A stretch of DNA of 64,000 bases from an uncultured Candidatus Rokubacteria bacterium (GTDB lineage: Bacteria; Methylomirabilota; Methylomirabilia; Rokubacteriales; CSP1-6): assembly GCA_963758635.1 (NCBI GenBank), contig CAVWWD010000004.1, forward strand, positions 160,001-224,000. The letters are read 5' to 3'. The translations under genes were made by a program, and so were the position numbers. Under the pieces are notes generated by a model. That model ran no database searches, had not been told where the DNA came from, and was given only the letters and a program-made list of their open reading frames with translations. Of this stretch, positions 9,952 through 19,539 are shown piece by piece; position 1 is the first letter of the stretch; each line of letters opens with the position of its first letter.

Positions 9952-11034
9952 ATGCGCGTCCCCGAACGGCTCATCCGAAGCCAGCTCCAGTCCGTGCTCC
10001 GCGCCTGGGGCATGAGCGAGGCCCACGCCGAGACCACCGCCGACGTGATGACGGAGACCGATCTCCGCGGCGTGGACTCGCACGGGATCTCCATGCTGCC
10101 GACCTACGACCGCGAGTTCCGCGCGGGCCGGCTCAACGTGCGGCCGACCTTCCGCACCGTGCGCGAGGGGCCGGCCATGGCGCTGATCGACGCCGACGCC
10201 TCGCTCGGCCACGCGCCGAGCGTGCACGGCATGAACCTGGCCGTCGACAAGTGCCTGGTCTCGGGCGTCGCCGCGGTGACCGTCGTGAACTCACACCACT
10301 TCGGCGCGGCAGGGTGCTACGCGAAGATCGCGTCCGAGCGCGGCGTGATCGGCCTGGTGACCACGTCCACGCGCGGCGTGTCCCTCGTGCCCACGTTCGC
10401 TTCCGAGCCGATCATGGGCACCAACCCGATCGCCTTCGCCGCCCCCGCCCGCCGCAATCCCGCCTTCATCCTCGACATGGCGACGACGACGGTCGCGGCG
10501 GGGCGGGTGAAGGTGAAGAAGCTCAACCACCAGCCGCTGCCCGCGGGCTGGGTCGTGGACGGCGACGGCCGCGCGGTGACTGACGAGACGCAGGCCTTCC
10601 ACCAGGTGTTCGAGAGCCCGGACGGCGGCATCACGCCGCTGGGCGGCACGCGCGACCTCGGCAGCCACAAGGGCTACGGGCTCGCCGTGCTCGTCCACAT
10701 CCTCGCCGGCACGCTCACCGGCGCCTCGTTCTCGCCCATCCGGAACCGGACGCAGCGGCCGTCGGACCCGCACAACATCGGCCACTTCTTCCTCGCCATC
10801 GATCCGAAGGCGTTCCGGCCCGATGGCGGCTTCGAGGCGGACCTGGACCAGGTGCTCGACACGCTGCGGGGGGCGAAGCGCGCCGATCCCAGCCAGCCGG
10901 TGATGGTGGCGGGGGACCCGGAGCTCGCCACGCGCGCCGAGCGCAGCGAGGCGGGAATCCCGGTGCCGGACGACCTGATGGAGCAGCTCCGCGGAGTCGC
11001 CGCCGCGGCGAAGGTGCCGTTCGTCCTCGCCTGA
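9952..11034 (+). CDS. Ldh_2 family oxidoreductase (malate/L-lactate/ureidoglycolate dehydrogenase)
   Basis: DLRGVDSHG, NSHHFGAAG, GTNPIAFAAP and GSHKGYGL motifs. Confidence 0.92.
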   Translation: MRVPERLIRSQLQSVLRAWGMSEAHAETTADVMTETDLRGVDSHGISMLPTYDREFRAGRLNVRPTFRTVREGPAMALIDADASLGHAPSVHGMNLAVDKCLVSGVAAVTVVNSHHFGAAGCYAKIASERGVIGLVTTSTRGVSLVPTFASEPIMGTNPIAFAAPARRNPAFILDMATTTVAAGRVKVKKLNHQPLPAGWVVDGDGRAVTDETQAFHQVFESPDGGITPLGGTRDLGSHKGYGLAVLVHILAGTLTGASFSPIRNRTQRPSDPHNIGHFFLAIDPKAFRPDGGFEADLDQVLDTLRGAKRADPSQPVMVAGDPELATRAERSEAGIPVPDDLMEQLRGVAAAAKVPFVLA

Positions 11035-11050
11035 CCTGCACGGGCTCCTG

Positions 11051-11164
11051 GATCCCTCTCCCCTCTGGGGAGAGGGGAGGGTGAGGGGCCGTCGCACGTC
11101 CTGGCGCGCGAGCTCGTGCGCCCGACCCTCACCCTGACCCTCTCCCTGGGAGGGAGAGGGGATC
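11051..11164. repeat. Pair of inverted REP-like palindromic units
   Basis: GATCCCTCTCCCCTCTGGGGAGAGGGGAGGGTGAGGGG and CCCTCACCCTGACCCTCTCCCTGGGAGGGAGAGGGGATC between convergent genes. Confidence 0.75.
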
Positions 11165-11166
11165 GG

Positions 11167-11686
11167 TCAGGAGCGCAGAAGGTCCAGGACGAGCGGGGCG
11201 AGCTGACGCGGCGCGCTCGTCCAGCTGGGTTTCGCCCAGCGTGGCGATGGGGTGGGGCGTGCTGAGGAACCGGAAGCCGGGCAGCCCCCAGGTGGCGGCC
11301 ATGGCGGCCGCGGTCTGACGGAAGGGATCGGTGATCACCGCGATCCCCGGAATCCCTCGCTCCTCGAACATCAGCGCGTCGAGCACACTGCTCGAGCTGC
11401 ACGACCCTCAGTCGCCGATGCCGGACACCACGAAGTCGCAGACGCGGCGCAGGGTGTCCGCGCTCTCCTCGGTGACGCCGTGGCTGGGCGACCGCTTGCG
11501 GTGCACGGTCACCACCGTCATGCCGTGCTCGCGGGCGAGGCGCGCGCCCAGCCGTTGCAGGAGCGCCTCGGAGTTGAACTTCGTGTTCTCGACCAGGCCC
11601 ACGCGGAGCCCGGCGAGAGCGGCGGGACGGCGGGCGAGGGTCACGCCGCGCGGGATCGGATCGCTCGTCGGATCGAAGAGCTTCAT
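11167..11686 (-). CDS. UGSC family selenoprotein (Sec TGA at 11408-11410; probable sequencing frameshift near 11210)
   Basis: In-frame read-through VVSGIGD-TGA-GSCSSSVLDAL gives the U-G-S-C motif; hairpin immediately 3' of the TGA. Confidence 0.85.
11372..11399 (-). promoter_or_regulatory. Putative bacterial SECIS hairpin
   Basis: mRNA CAGC-UCGAGCA-GUG-UGCUCGA-CGC-GCUG starting about 9 nt after the UGA. Confidence 0.6.
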
Positions 11687-12702
11687 CGTGGATCTCCAGG
11701 CTCGATGGGAACGGTCACGCTGCGGGTCCACTTGTTGCCCCAGCCGGGCAGGCACGCCGACCAGCTTCCCGCCTCGCCGCCCGCGCGGACCAGGATGATG
11801 TCCTCCGGCCGCTCGAAGGCGTGCTTCCACGTGGTCTCGTCCCCCGGCTCGACCGCGCCCGGCCGCCGCCCCGCCCGCTTCAGGTCGGCCACGGTGCGGC
11901 GCGCGTGACGGACGAGGAACTCGCGCACCTCGGCCTTGCTCCACGTGCCCAGGACGTCGGCGTGCTCGCCGGCCAGGACGACGAGCGACTGGTTGAAGCC
12001 GCGGAGGTTCGGCGTGCCCAGGTTGCAGAGGGCGTCGGCGAAGCAGCGGAGGAGCGGCTCGGGCTCGGCGGCGAGCTGGTTGTAGACCTGGCAGAGGCTG
12101 TTCGACGCGTAGACGGTGACGGCGCTCTGCTCGACGCGGAGCCCGCGCTCGACGTGGAGCGGCTCCCACGGATGGCGCGTGTCGCTCTCCGCGAAGCAGA
12201 ACGAGTACTTCCCGGGGTTGCCGAGGGTCGCGCGGTCCAGCAGGCCCGGCCGCGTGCTCATCACGTTCATCATGGCCAGGCGCACGGCGCGGCCAATGGT
12301 GGCGTTGGCCCGCGTCCCTTGTCCGAACGCGTTGTTGCCCGCGTTGATGCCGATGCGCCGCCCGATGGGCCCGCTGACGATGAGGACCATGGCCGACCCG
12401 CCGGTGCTGCTCGCCGGCCCGTGATACGCGAAGTCCGGATGGCACAGCCCGCGCACCGCCGCCGCCACCACCGGGAAGTACTCGGGCCGGCACCCCGCCA
12501 TCACGGCGTTGATCGCCAGCTTCTCCGCTCCAACCACGACGCCGCGCTCCACGATCGCGCCCACGGTGTCGGTCGCCTCGAGCCGGGCGCCGGCCAGCAT
12601 CGCGGCGATCGACTCGTCCGTCGGCGGAACGACCGGCAGCCCGTCCGTCCAGCCCCGGTCGTAGTACGCCTCGATCAGCGCTGCGGGGTTCTCGTTGCTC
12701 AT
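11683..12702 (-). CDS. UGSC-associated conserved protein (WTDGLPVVPPT family)
   Basis: WTDGLPVVPPT, AINAVMAGC, RANATIGRA and GNPGKYSFCFAE motifs; paralogue of the C-terminal part of 12734-14377. Confidence 0.8.
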   Translation of the reverse strand: MSNENPAALIEAYYDRGWTDGLPVVPPTDESIAAMLAGARLEATDTVGAIVERGVVVGAEKLAINAVMAGCRPEYFPVVAAAVRGLCHPDFAYHGPASSTGGSAMVLIVSGPIGRRIGINAGNNAFGQGTRANATIGRAVRLAMMNVMSTRPGLLDRATLGNPGKYSFCFAESDTRHPWEPLHVERGLRVEQSAVTVYASNSLCQVYNQLAAEPEPLLRCFADALCNLGTPNLRGFNQSLVVLAGEHADVLGTWSKAEVREFLVRHARRTVADLKRAGRRPGAVEPGDETTWKHAFERPEDIILVRAGGEAGSWSACLPGWGNKWTRSVTVPIEPGDPR

Positions 12703-12733
12703 GTCCGTGACGTGTGCCCGCTTGCGTCGGTCG

Positions 12734-14377
12734 CTAGCGCCATGCGTCGACCGAGGCGGTCTTCTGGTACGTCGCGCCCATGATGCGCCAGTACCCGTTG
12801 GTCTCGCCGCCGACGACCACCACGTGGATGTCCTCGCGGCGGAACATCGGGATCAGCTCGTCGGCAGCGGCCTTGAGCTTGGAGGCCCACGGCTCCTCGC
12901 CGAACGTGGCGCGCGGATAGATGTAGTTCTGGACGAGCTGGTAGTCCCAGTACTCGGCCGCGGGCAGGCGCGCCGTGTCGTGGAGCCAGTCGATCAGCGC
13001 GTCCTTCTTGGTGAAGCCGCCCCGATCCACGAACTGGCGCGCGGCGATCGGGTCCAGCAGCAGCACGGGCGGCACGCTCGGGTCCATGCCCTGGAGCAGG
13101 TGACGGACGTGCGCGCGCCAGTGGCGCTCGCGCAGGCCCAGGGTGAACGCGGTGGAGCGGCAGCCGGAGAAGACGCTCACCGCGCTGTCGCCGGGGGCGA
13201 GGCCGTGCTGGACGTGGAACGGCTCCCACGGGCTCCGCTCCTCGTTCTCCGCGAACGTCACGCTGTTGTACGCGTAGTTGTTGCCCTGGTTGCCCATGTA
13301 GCTGAGGCCGGGCACGGAGCCGCCCTGGAGGTTCTGGGACAGGAGGCCCCACGCGCGACCGATCGTCGCGTTGGCGTGGCTGTACGGGCCCATCGCGCCG
13401 ACGCCCGCGTTCATGCCGATCTCGGCCCGGACGGGGCCGCCGACCACGGCCATGGCGGCCATCGCGCTCGAGCTGCTGCTCCGCGCGGTGACGCCGGTGG
13501 ACGCGATGGCCAGGATCACCGGGAAGTACTCGGGGCGCGCCCCCGCCATCACCGCGTTCACGGCCACCTTCTCCACCGTGTACTCCCAGTGCTCGCGGAA
13601 GTGCGTCGAGCGCATGCGCCCGACGACCTCGTCTGGCTTCCGCCGCGTGCCCGCGAGCATGGCGGCCACGCGCGCCTCGGTGGGCAGCACGATGGGCAGG
13701 CAGTCCGTCCAGTGGTTGTCGAGGAAGAGCTGGTGCAGGCGCTCCTCGGGGGCCGGCGCGAGGAGGCGCGGCGTCGAACGGTCGAACTCGATGGGCCCGC
13801 CCTCGCCGGCATCGAACGGACGCGTCAGGCCCTCGACCACCTCCTGCATCACGGGCCGGCCGGTGAGGGGATCGGCGCCGTCGACGTAGGCGCGGAGCTC
13901 GGCCGCCGTCTTGCCCATGATGGGCTGCGGGACGAACACCTGGCGGAGGGCGGGCATGCCGCCGACCGTCGCCACCGAGCGCACCACACGGTCGAACTTG
14001 TCGGTGTGCACGGCCACGGTGGGAACGCCGTACGTCCCTTCGAGCGTCATCGCGTGCGCGGCGACCGCCGGCGCGCAGGTGCTTCAGTGGCCGACGCCGA
14101 GGATCGCGGCGTGGCCACGGGCGCGGATCTCCTCCCAGGTGGCGGGATCGTCGTTCAGGTAGACGCTCGACAGGCGCTTGACCACGGCCTGCACGCCGGG
14201 CATGTGGTCGGCGAACCACTGGCGCATCTGGCCCAGGAAGACGTCGGAGTCGTCGAAGCGGCAGTCGACCAGGTACACGGTCTTCCCGGCGAGCGTGGGC
14301 AGCCGCGGCGCGAGCTCCTTCTGGACGACCTTCGGGGCGAAGCCGGTGGGATTCAGCACCGTGATCTCGTGGGCCAT
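12734..14377 (-). CDS. UGSC-like selenoprotein fused to its partner domain (Sec TGA at 14084-14086)
   Basis: ORFs 14084-14416 and 12734-14050 share a frame and are separated only by TGA: GVGH-TGA-STCAPAVAAHAMTLE (UxxC). Confidence 0.85.
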
Positions 14378-14455
14378 GGGCGATTCCTCCGGCGCGATTA
14401 TAGCTCCCGCGCGCACGGGCGACGGCCCCGCGCCCAGGGGCGCCGCGCTCGGCCG

Positions 14456-15049
14456 TCAGAGGCCGAGGCCGGCCAGCCCCCGGATGGTGACGGCCTCACC
14501 GATATGCGACGAGTTGTGCCGGAGCGCGGAGCTGGCGAGCTGGTCGGCGCGCGTCCAGCCGCGCCACGGGTACGGCTCGCCGGGCGTCCAGTCGCGAAAC
14601 GCGTCCGTCCCGGCGCGCGCGAGGTCCGCGTCGCCGATGACCTCGTCCCACGCCGGCGCGGACAGCGACTGGACGACCTCACGCGTGCGCAGGCCGACCG
14701 CGGTCCGGTACGCGCGCACGGCGCCCACGTCGGCGCGCGCGCTCATCTCGGCGACCTCGTCCTCGGTCATGCCGGTGCCGATGATGCGCCACGGGACGTT
14801 CATGCGGCGGATCCACTCCTCGTCGAGGACCTGCGGCCGCCCGGCCACGACGGGGTTGACGGCGGCGTCCTCCGTCCGCGCCATGTGCCAGAGGAGCCAG
14901 ACGAGCGAGTTGAGCCCCGGCCCCGGACGCAGTCGCATCTGGTCGTCGTCGAGCTCGCCGAAGACGCGCTGGGCCGGGAAGTCGCGGCCGCTCACCTCGC
15001 GAGCGTGCACCGCGGCATGCTGGGACAGGAAGAAGGTCAGGAGATCCAT
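14456..15049 (-). CDS. DinB family protein
   Basis: NSLVWLLWHMARTED...HNSSHIGE His triad. Confidence 0.85.
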   Translation of the reverse strand: MDLLTFFLSQHAAVHAREVSGRDFPAQRVFGELDDDQMRLRPGPGLNSLVWLLWHMARTEDAAVNPVVAGRPQVLDEEWIRRMNVPWRIIGTGMTEDEVAEMSARADVGAVRAYRTAVGLRTREVVQSLSAPAWDEVIGDADLARAGTDAFRDWTPGEPYPWRGWTRADQLASSALRHNSSHIGEAVTIRGLAGLGL

Positions 15050-15158
15050 GGCGCCACCTCCGCTGCCGCCTTGACACCCCGCCGCGCGCGCTGCGATAGT
15101 GCACGGGCCCTGCGGGTCACGCGGGCGCCCACTCACTCCACCACGGGAGGTCCTTTCG

Positions 15159-15755
15159 GTGCGACCCACACTCGACGACGCCGCGCTCGACCTGATCCTG
15201 CGCGAGGCGCGCACGCAGAACGGCTGGCTCCCCACGCCCGTGACCGACGACCAGCTCCGGGCCATCTACGAGGTCGTGCGCACCGGGCCGACCAGCGCCA
15301 ACAGCTGCCCGGCGCGGTTCGTGTTCCTCCGCACGCCGGAGGCCAAGGCGCGCCTCCTGCCCGCGCTCGCCCCGGGCAACGTGGACAAGACCAAGGCGGC
15401 GCCGGTGACCGTGATCATCGGCTCCGACCTGCGGTTCTACGAGTTCCTGCCCACCAAGCTCTTCGCCCATCGCCCGGAGATGGCCGACAACTACGCGAAG
15501 AACGCGGCGCTCGCCGAGGTCACCGCGTTCCGGAACGGCACGCTCCAGGGCGCGTACTTCATGATCGCCGCCCGCGCCCTCGGCCTCGACGTGGGCGGCA
15601 TGTCCGGCTTCGACAACGCGAAGGTCGACGCCGAGTTCTTCCCGGGCGGGCGGATCAAGTCGAACTTCCTCTGCAACGTCGGCCACGGCGACCCCTCGAA
15701 GGTCCTGGCCAAGCTGCCGCGCCTCGACTTCGCGGAGGCCTGCACGCTCCTCTGA
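15159..15755 (+). CDS. rutE: Nitroreductase, malonic semialdehyde reductase RutE-like
   Basis: ARTQNGW, GPTSANSCPARF, RNGTLQGAY and GMSGFDNAKVD motifs. Confidence 0.85.
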   Translation: MRPTLDDAALDLILREARTQNGWLPTPVTDDQLRAIYEVVRTGPTSANSCPARFVFLRTPEAKARLLPALAPGNVDKTKAAPVTVIIGSDLRFYEFLPTKLFAHRPEMADNYAKNAALAEVTAFRNGTLQGAYFMIAARALGLDVGGMSGFDNAKVDAEFFPGGRIKSNFLCNVGHGDPSKVLAKLPRLDFAEACTLL

Positions 15756-15768
15756 CCGCCCTCCGACA

Positions 15769-15830
15769 CGTTGCGCGAGTGCCTGCCCCCGGTGTTGCGC
15801 GTTGCGCGAGTGCCTGACTCCGATGTTGCG
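15769..15830. repeat. Tandem 31-bp duplication
   Basis: CGTTGCGCGAGTGCCTG(N)5G(G/A)TGTTGCG twice, 3 mismatches. Confidence 0.75.
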
Positions 15831-15861
15831 CTCGGATCGCGAATCAACAGCGGGTCGCGGA

Positions 15862-16009
15862 GGGCGACGGGGAGGCACCCCTGGGGTCGAGGGGCCCTTC
15901 CCCTCCTCCGGGCAACGGGGATCGCGCGCCCGGATGGAGCCCAGCCGCAACCGGGCAGCGGACGCGTGCGGCGTGGTTCCGCGACCCCAGGGGTGCCTCC
16001 CCGTCGCCC
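15862..16009. repeat. 28-bp perfect inverted repeat enclosing about 92 bp (MITE- or REP-like)
   Basis: GGGCGACGGGGAGGCACCCCTGGGGTCG (15862-15889) and its exact reverse complement (15982-16009). Confidence 0.8.
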
Positions 16010-16023
16010 GCCCTCGCGCGCAG

Positions 16024-17205
16024 CTACGAGACGAACTTGAACAGGCGCGCCGCGTTGCCGCCGAGGATCTTCGCGCGCTGCGGGTCGGTGAGCCGCCCCA
16101 TCGTCCGCTCGATGGCCTCGGCGGAGTGCGGCCACGTGCCTTCGTGGTGCGGGTAGTCGTTGCCCCACATCAGCGAGTCCACCAGGTCGTAGCGCTCGGC
16201 GAGGTCGAGGCCCGGCGGGTCCTCCTGGAACGAGGCGAACCCGTGGGCGCGGAAGAACTCGCTGGGCAGCATCTTGAGCTTCGGGCGCACCCAGAAGTGA
16301 TGCTTCCGGTACGCCTCGTCCATGGCGGTGAGGAGCCACGGCAGCCAGCCGATCCCCGCCTCGATGGTGGCGAAGCGGAGGCCGGGGAAGCGCTCGAGGA
16401 CGCCGGAGGCGCAGAGGTTCGCCACCGGCTCGATCGTGGGCGACAGCGAGTGCGAGACGTAGTTGATGACCGCGCCGCCGTTGCCGCGGGACGCGCGCGG
16501 ATCGCGGCCCGTCGACACGTGGAAGGTGATCGGCAGCCCCGTCTCCTGCACGAGCGCCCACAGCGGGTCGAACACGGGCAGGTTGTAGTTCGGATGCTCG
16601 ACGTCGTGCGCGCCCCAGATCGGCTTGCAGGGGAGCGTGAGGCAGCGGAAGCCGAGCTTGGCCACCCGCTCCACCTCGGCGAGGGAGCCCGGGAGGTCGC
16701 CGGTGGCGATGGCGGCGGCGGGCGACATGCGGTGGTTGTACGGCCCGAACGTCTCCCACGCCCACTCGTTGTAGGCGCGGCACTGCGCCATCGCGAACGC
16801 GGGGTCGGGCGTGGCCCACATCGACAGGCCCTTGTTCGGGAACAGCACCTCGCAGTCGATGCCGTCGGCGTCCATGTCGCGGAGCCGCTCCTCGGGGTCG
16901 GCGCCCGCCTTCGAGCGCAGCAGGTCCTCGCCCTCCAGGTCGGACAGCCGCAGGCGGTCGGGCCGGTGGCCCTCGGTGACGCGCCACTGCACGCCCTTGT
17001 CGTCGGTGATCACGCGCGGGAGGCGCTCGTGGTACTTCCGGTCCATGCGGCGGAGCCAGAGGTCCGCGGGCTCGTTGACGTGCGAGTCGGCGGACACGAC
17101 GAAGTACTTCTTCGGGTCGCCGGGGCGGGCGGTGCGCGGCCAGCCGGTGTGGCCGGGCGTCTCGAGCCGCCAGAGGTTCGGGGGATTGACCGTGACCGTG
17201 CTCAT
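16024..17205 (-). CDS. Amidohydrolase_2 family protein
   Basis: VSADSHVNEP, IEAGIGW and WGNDYPHHEGTWP motifs. Confidence 0.9.
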   Translation of the reverse strand: MSTVTVNPPNLWRLETPGHTGWPRTARPGDPKKYFVVSADSHVNEPADLWLRRMDRKYHERLPRVITDDKGVQWRVTEGHRPDRLRLSDLEGEDLLRSKAGADPEERLRDMDADGIDCEVLFPNKGLSMWATPDPAFAMAQCRAYNEWAWETFGPYNHRMSPAAAIATGDLPGSLAEVERVAKLGFRCLTLPCKPIWGAHDVEHPNYNLPVFDPLWALVQETGLPITFHVSTGRDPRASRGNGGAVINYVSHSLSPTIEPVANLCASGVLERFPGLRFATIEAGIGWLPWLLTAMDEAYRKHHFWVRPKLKMLPSEFFRAHGFASFQEDPPGLDLAERYDLVDSLMWGNDYPHHEGTWPHSAEAIERTMGRLTDPQRAKILGGNAARLFKFVS

Positions 17206-17385
17206 GCGCCACCTCCGGATGGAATGGAGAAGACCCGCGCTCGTCCCGCGGTCCGGCCCAGTGTACGGGAGGCGTCGCCCGCGGCGTCCACGGGGCCTTT
17301 CCCTCGCCCCCGGGCCGTGGCATGCTTTCGCAGGTCACGTGGCGTCCTCCACGCGTCCCTCACCGCACCCACAAGGAGGCAGGGC

Positions 17386-18003
17386 ATGATCTTCGAGGTT
17401 CGCACGTATCAGGTGAAGACCGGAAGTCTCGCCGAGGTCGAGAAGCGCTTCGGCGACGCCTACGAGCACCGGAAGAAGTACTCGCCGCTCGCCGGCTTCT
17501 TCCACACCGAGCTCGGGCCGCTCAACGAGATCATCCACGTCTGGCCCTACGAGAGCCACGCGGAGCGCGAGAAGGTCCGCGCCGCCGCCGCCAAGGACGC
17601 GAACTGGCCGCCGAAGATCCAGGAGTTCATCAGGACCATGAAATCCGAGATCCTGATCCCGGCCCCGTTCTGCCCCGAGGTGAAGCCGGGCAAGCTCGGG
17701 CCCTACTTCGAGGTGCGCCAGTACACCTTCCAGGCGGGCTCGCTGCCCGCGATCCTCGAGCGCTGGGGAGAAAAGCTGCCCGGCCGGCTGAAGTTCTCCC
17801 CGATCGCCTTCTGTGGCTCCAGCGACTTCGGCACGGCCAACAAGTGGGTGCACGTCTGGCCCTACGAGAGCCTCGACCAGCGCAACGCGGTGCGGGCGCA
17901 GGCGCGTGACGCGGGCGCGTGGCCTCCGGGCGCGCCTCCCGGCACGTTCCTCACCCAGCAGAGCAAGATCGTCATGCCGTCGGCGTTTTCGCCACTGCAG
18001 TAG
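17386..18003 (+). CDS. NIPSNAP family protein (two domains)
   Basis: MIFEVRTY...NEIIHVWPY repeated twice; AAGGAGG RBS. Confidence 0.88.
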   Translation: MIFEVRTYQVKTGSLAEVEKRFGDAYEHRKKYSPLAGFFHTELGPLNEIIHVWPYESHAEREKVRAAAAKDANWPPKIQEFIRTMKSEILIPAPFCPEVKPGKLGPYFEVRQYTFQAGSLPAILERWGEKLPGRLKFSPIAFCGSSDFGTANKWVHVWPYESLDQRNAVRAQARDAGAWPPGAPPGTFLTQQSKIVMPSAFSPLQ

Positions 18004-18075
18004 GGCCGAGCCCGACCGCAGTCGATCACCCGCGCCCCGCGCGACGGACCGTCCGCCGCGCGGGGCGCGCCGTTT

Positions 18076-19155
18076 TCAGCGCGGGCCGGCGGCGGCGAAG
18101 GCGGGGAGGACCTGCTCGCCGAAGCGTCGCATCGACGCCACGATGCGCTCGTGGGGCAGGTAGCCGAAGCTGAGCTGGCAGAGGACGTGCCCGACGCCGA
18201 TCGCCCCGAGCTCCGCGAGCTGCTCCTTCACGCGGGCGGGCGTACCGCAGAGCGCGCCCGTCTCCAGCGACCACGTCACGCCGTCCTCCTCCGACACCGC
18301 CGGGTCCGTGAACGGGTTCAGCATGGCCGGGTCCACCTGGAAGTCCGGCGGGTTGTGCGCGCTGCGGGCGTGGTGCATGTGGCGGCGCGTGTGGCGCAGG
18401 GTCTCGGCCAGCTCGTCCTCGGCCTGGGCCTGGCTGTCCGCCACGTACACGTGACGCCACAGCGCCACCTCGCGCAGGAGGCGTGCGCGGTCGGCCTCGG
18501 GGTGGCCGCCCTCGGCCAGGCCCTGGGCGTAGAGGGCCAGGCGCTCGGGGATGCGGGCGGCCGGGATCCGCGCGGTCATGATGGGCGCGGCGAGCCGTCC
18601 GCACTCCCGGAACGACGCGGGCGTGACCACGCTGCGCCAGATCGGCGGATGCGGCCGCTGGTACACGCGCGGGCGGAGGGCGGGCAGGCGGGCCTGGAAG
18701 TACTTGCCCTCGTGCACGAACGGCGTCTCCGTCCACGCGCGGGTGAGCACGTCCAGGGCCTCGGCGGCGCGCTCGCGCGCGTCGTCGCTCCGGAGCCCGT
18801 AGCCCATGAACTCGTACTCGTTGTAGATGGACCCGCGACCCACCCCCACGTCGAGCCGGCCCCGGCTCAGGTTGTCGAGCAGCGACAGCTCGACGGCGAG
18901 GCGGACGGGATGGCGGAGCGCGAGCTGGATGACGGCGAACCCGATGCGCACACGCCGCGTGCGCGCGGCCACGGCGGCGGCGAACGGGATCGGGTCGCTG
19001 TAGACCGCCTCGCCGGTGAAGTTGTGCTCGGTGAGCCAGATGCCGTCGAAGCCGAGCTCCTCCGCGTAGCAGGCCTGCTCGAGCTGCTGGGCGACGGCGG
19101 CGTGATCCTCCTCGGGCGACGGGGAATGCGCGAGCGTGATCCAGCCGAATCGCAT
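18076..19155 (-). CDS. LLM class flavin-dependent oxidoreductase
   Basis: GFDGIWLTEHNF, HPVRLAVE and GRLDVGVGRG motifs. Confidence 0.9.
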   Translation of the reverse strand: MRFGWITLAHSPSPEEDHAAVAQQLEQACYAEELGFDGIWLTEHNFTGEAVYSDPIPFAAAVAARTRRVRIGFAVIQLALRHPVRLAVELSLLDNLSRGRLDVGVGRGSIYNEYEFMGYGLRSDDARERAAEALDVLTRAWTETPFVHEGKYFQARLPALRPRVYQRPHPPIWRSVVTPASFRECGRLAAPIMTARIPAARIPERLALYAQGLAEGGHPEADRARLLREVALWRHVYVADSQAQAEDELAETLRHTRRHMHHARSAHNPPDFQVDPAMLNPFTDPAVSEEDGVTWSLETGALCGTPARVKEQLAELGAIGVGHVLCQLSFGYLPHERIVASMRRFGEQVLPAFAAAGPR

Positions 19156-19539
19156 CGGGGCGTCTCCTTGGCCGCGCCCCATGCTACCCCACGTCGGCGC
19201 GCGCCGGGCGTGATGCCTCAGAAGTAGGTGTTGCCCGAGGAAGGCGATGTGTCCTCGCTCGCGACGACGGCCGCAGGGGAAGCGACTCAAACCCGTGGAG
19301 ATTCTAGTCATGGTTGCGGGTCGCTTTTGGCCGCGTGGAACCGCCGCCGGGTGAAGGGGGCCAGTGGGACGCCGAGCCCACCGCGAAGGGTGTGGGAATC
19401 GCGGTATCATCGCGCCTTGGCGCTCGGAGGATTGGATCGGCCCAGGCGCCGGGGCGAGGGGCGCCGAGCATCTGATGGAGAGGGACGTGAATCTGATCCG
19501 AGAGCGGCACCGACCCGTTCGAAGGCTCGGGCCGAGGTG

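Noticed and set aside
19228..19539. N-terminal extension of the ABC binding-protein ORF
   Set aside because: Not protein-like; the signal peptide and RBS support the start at 19540.
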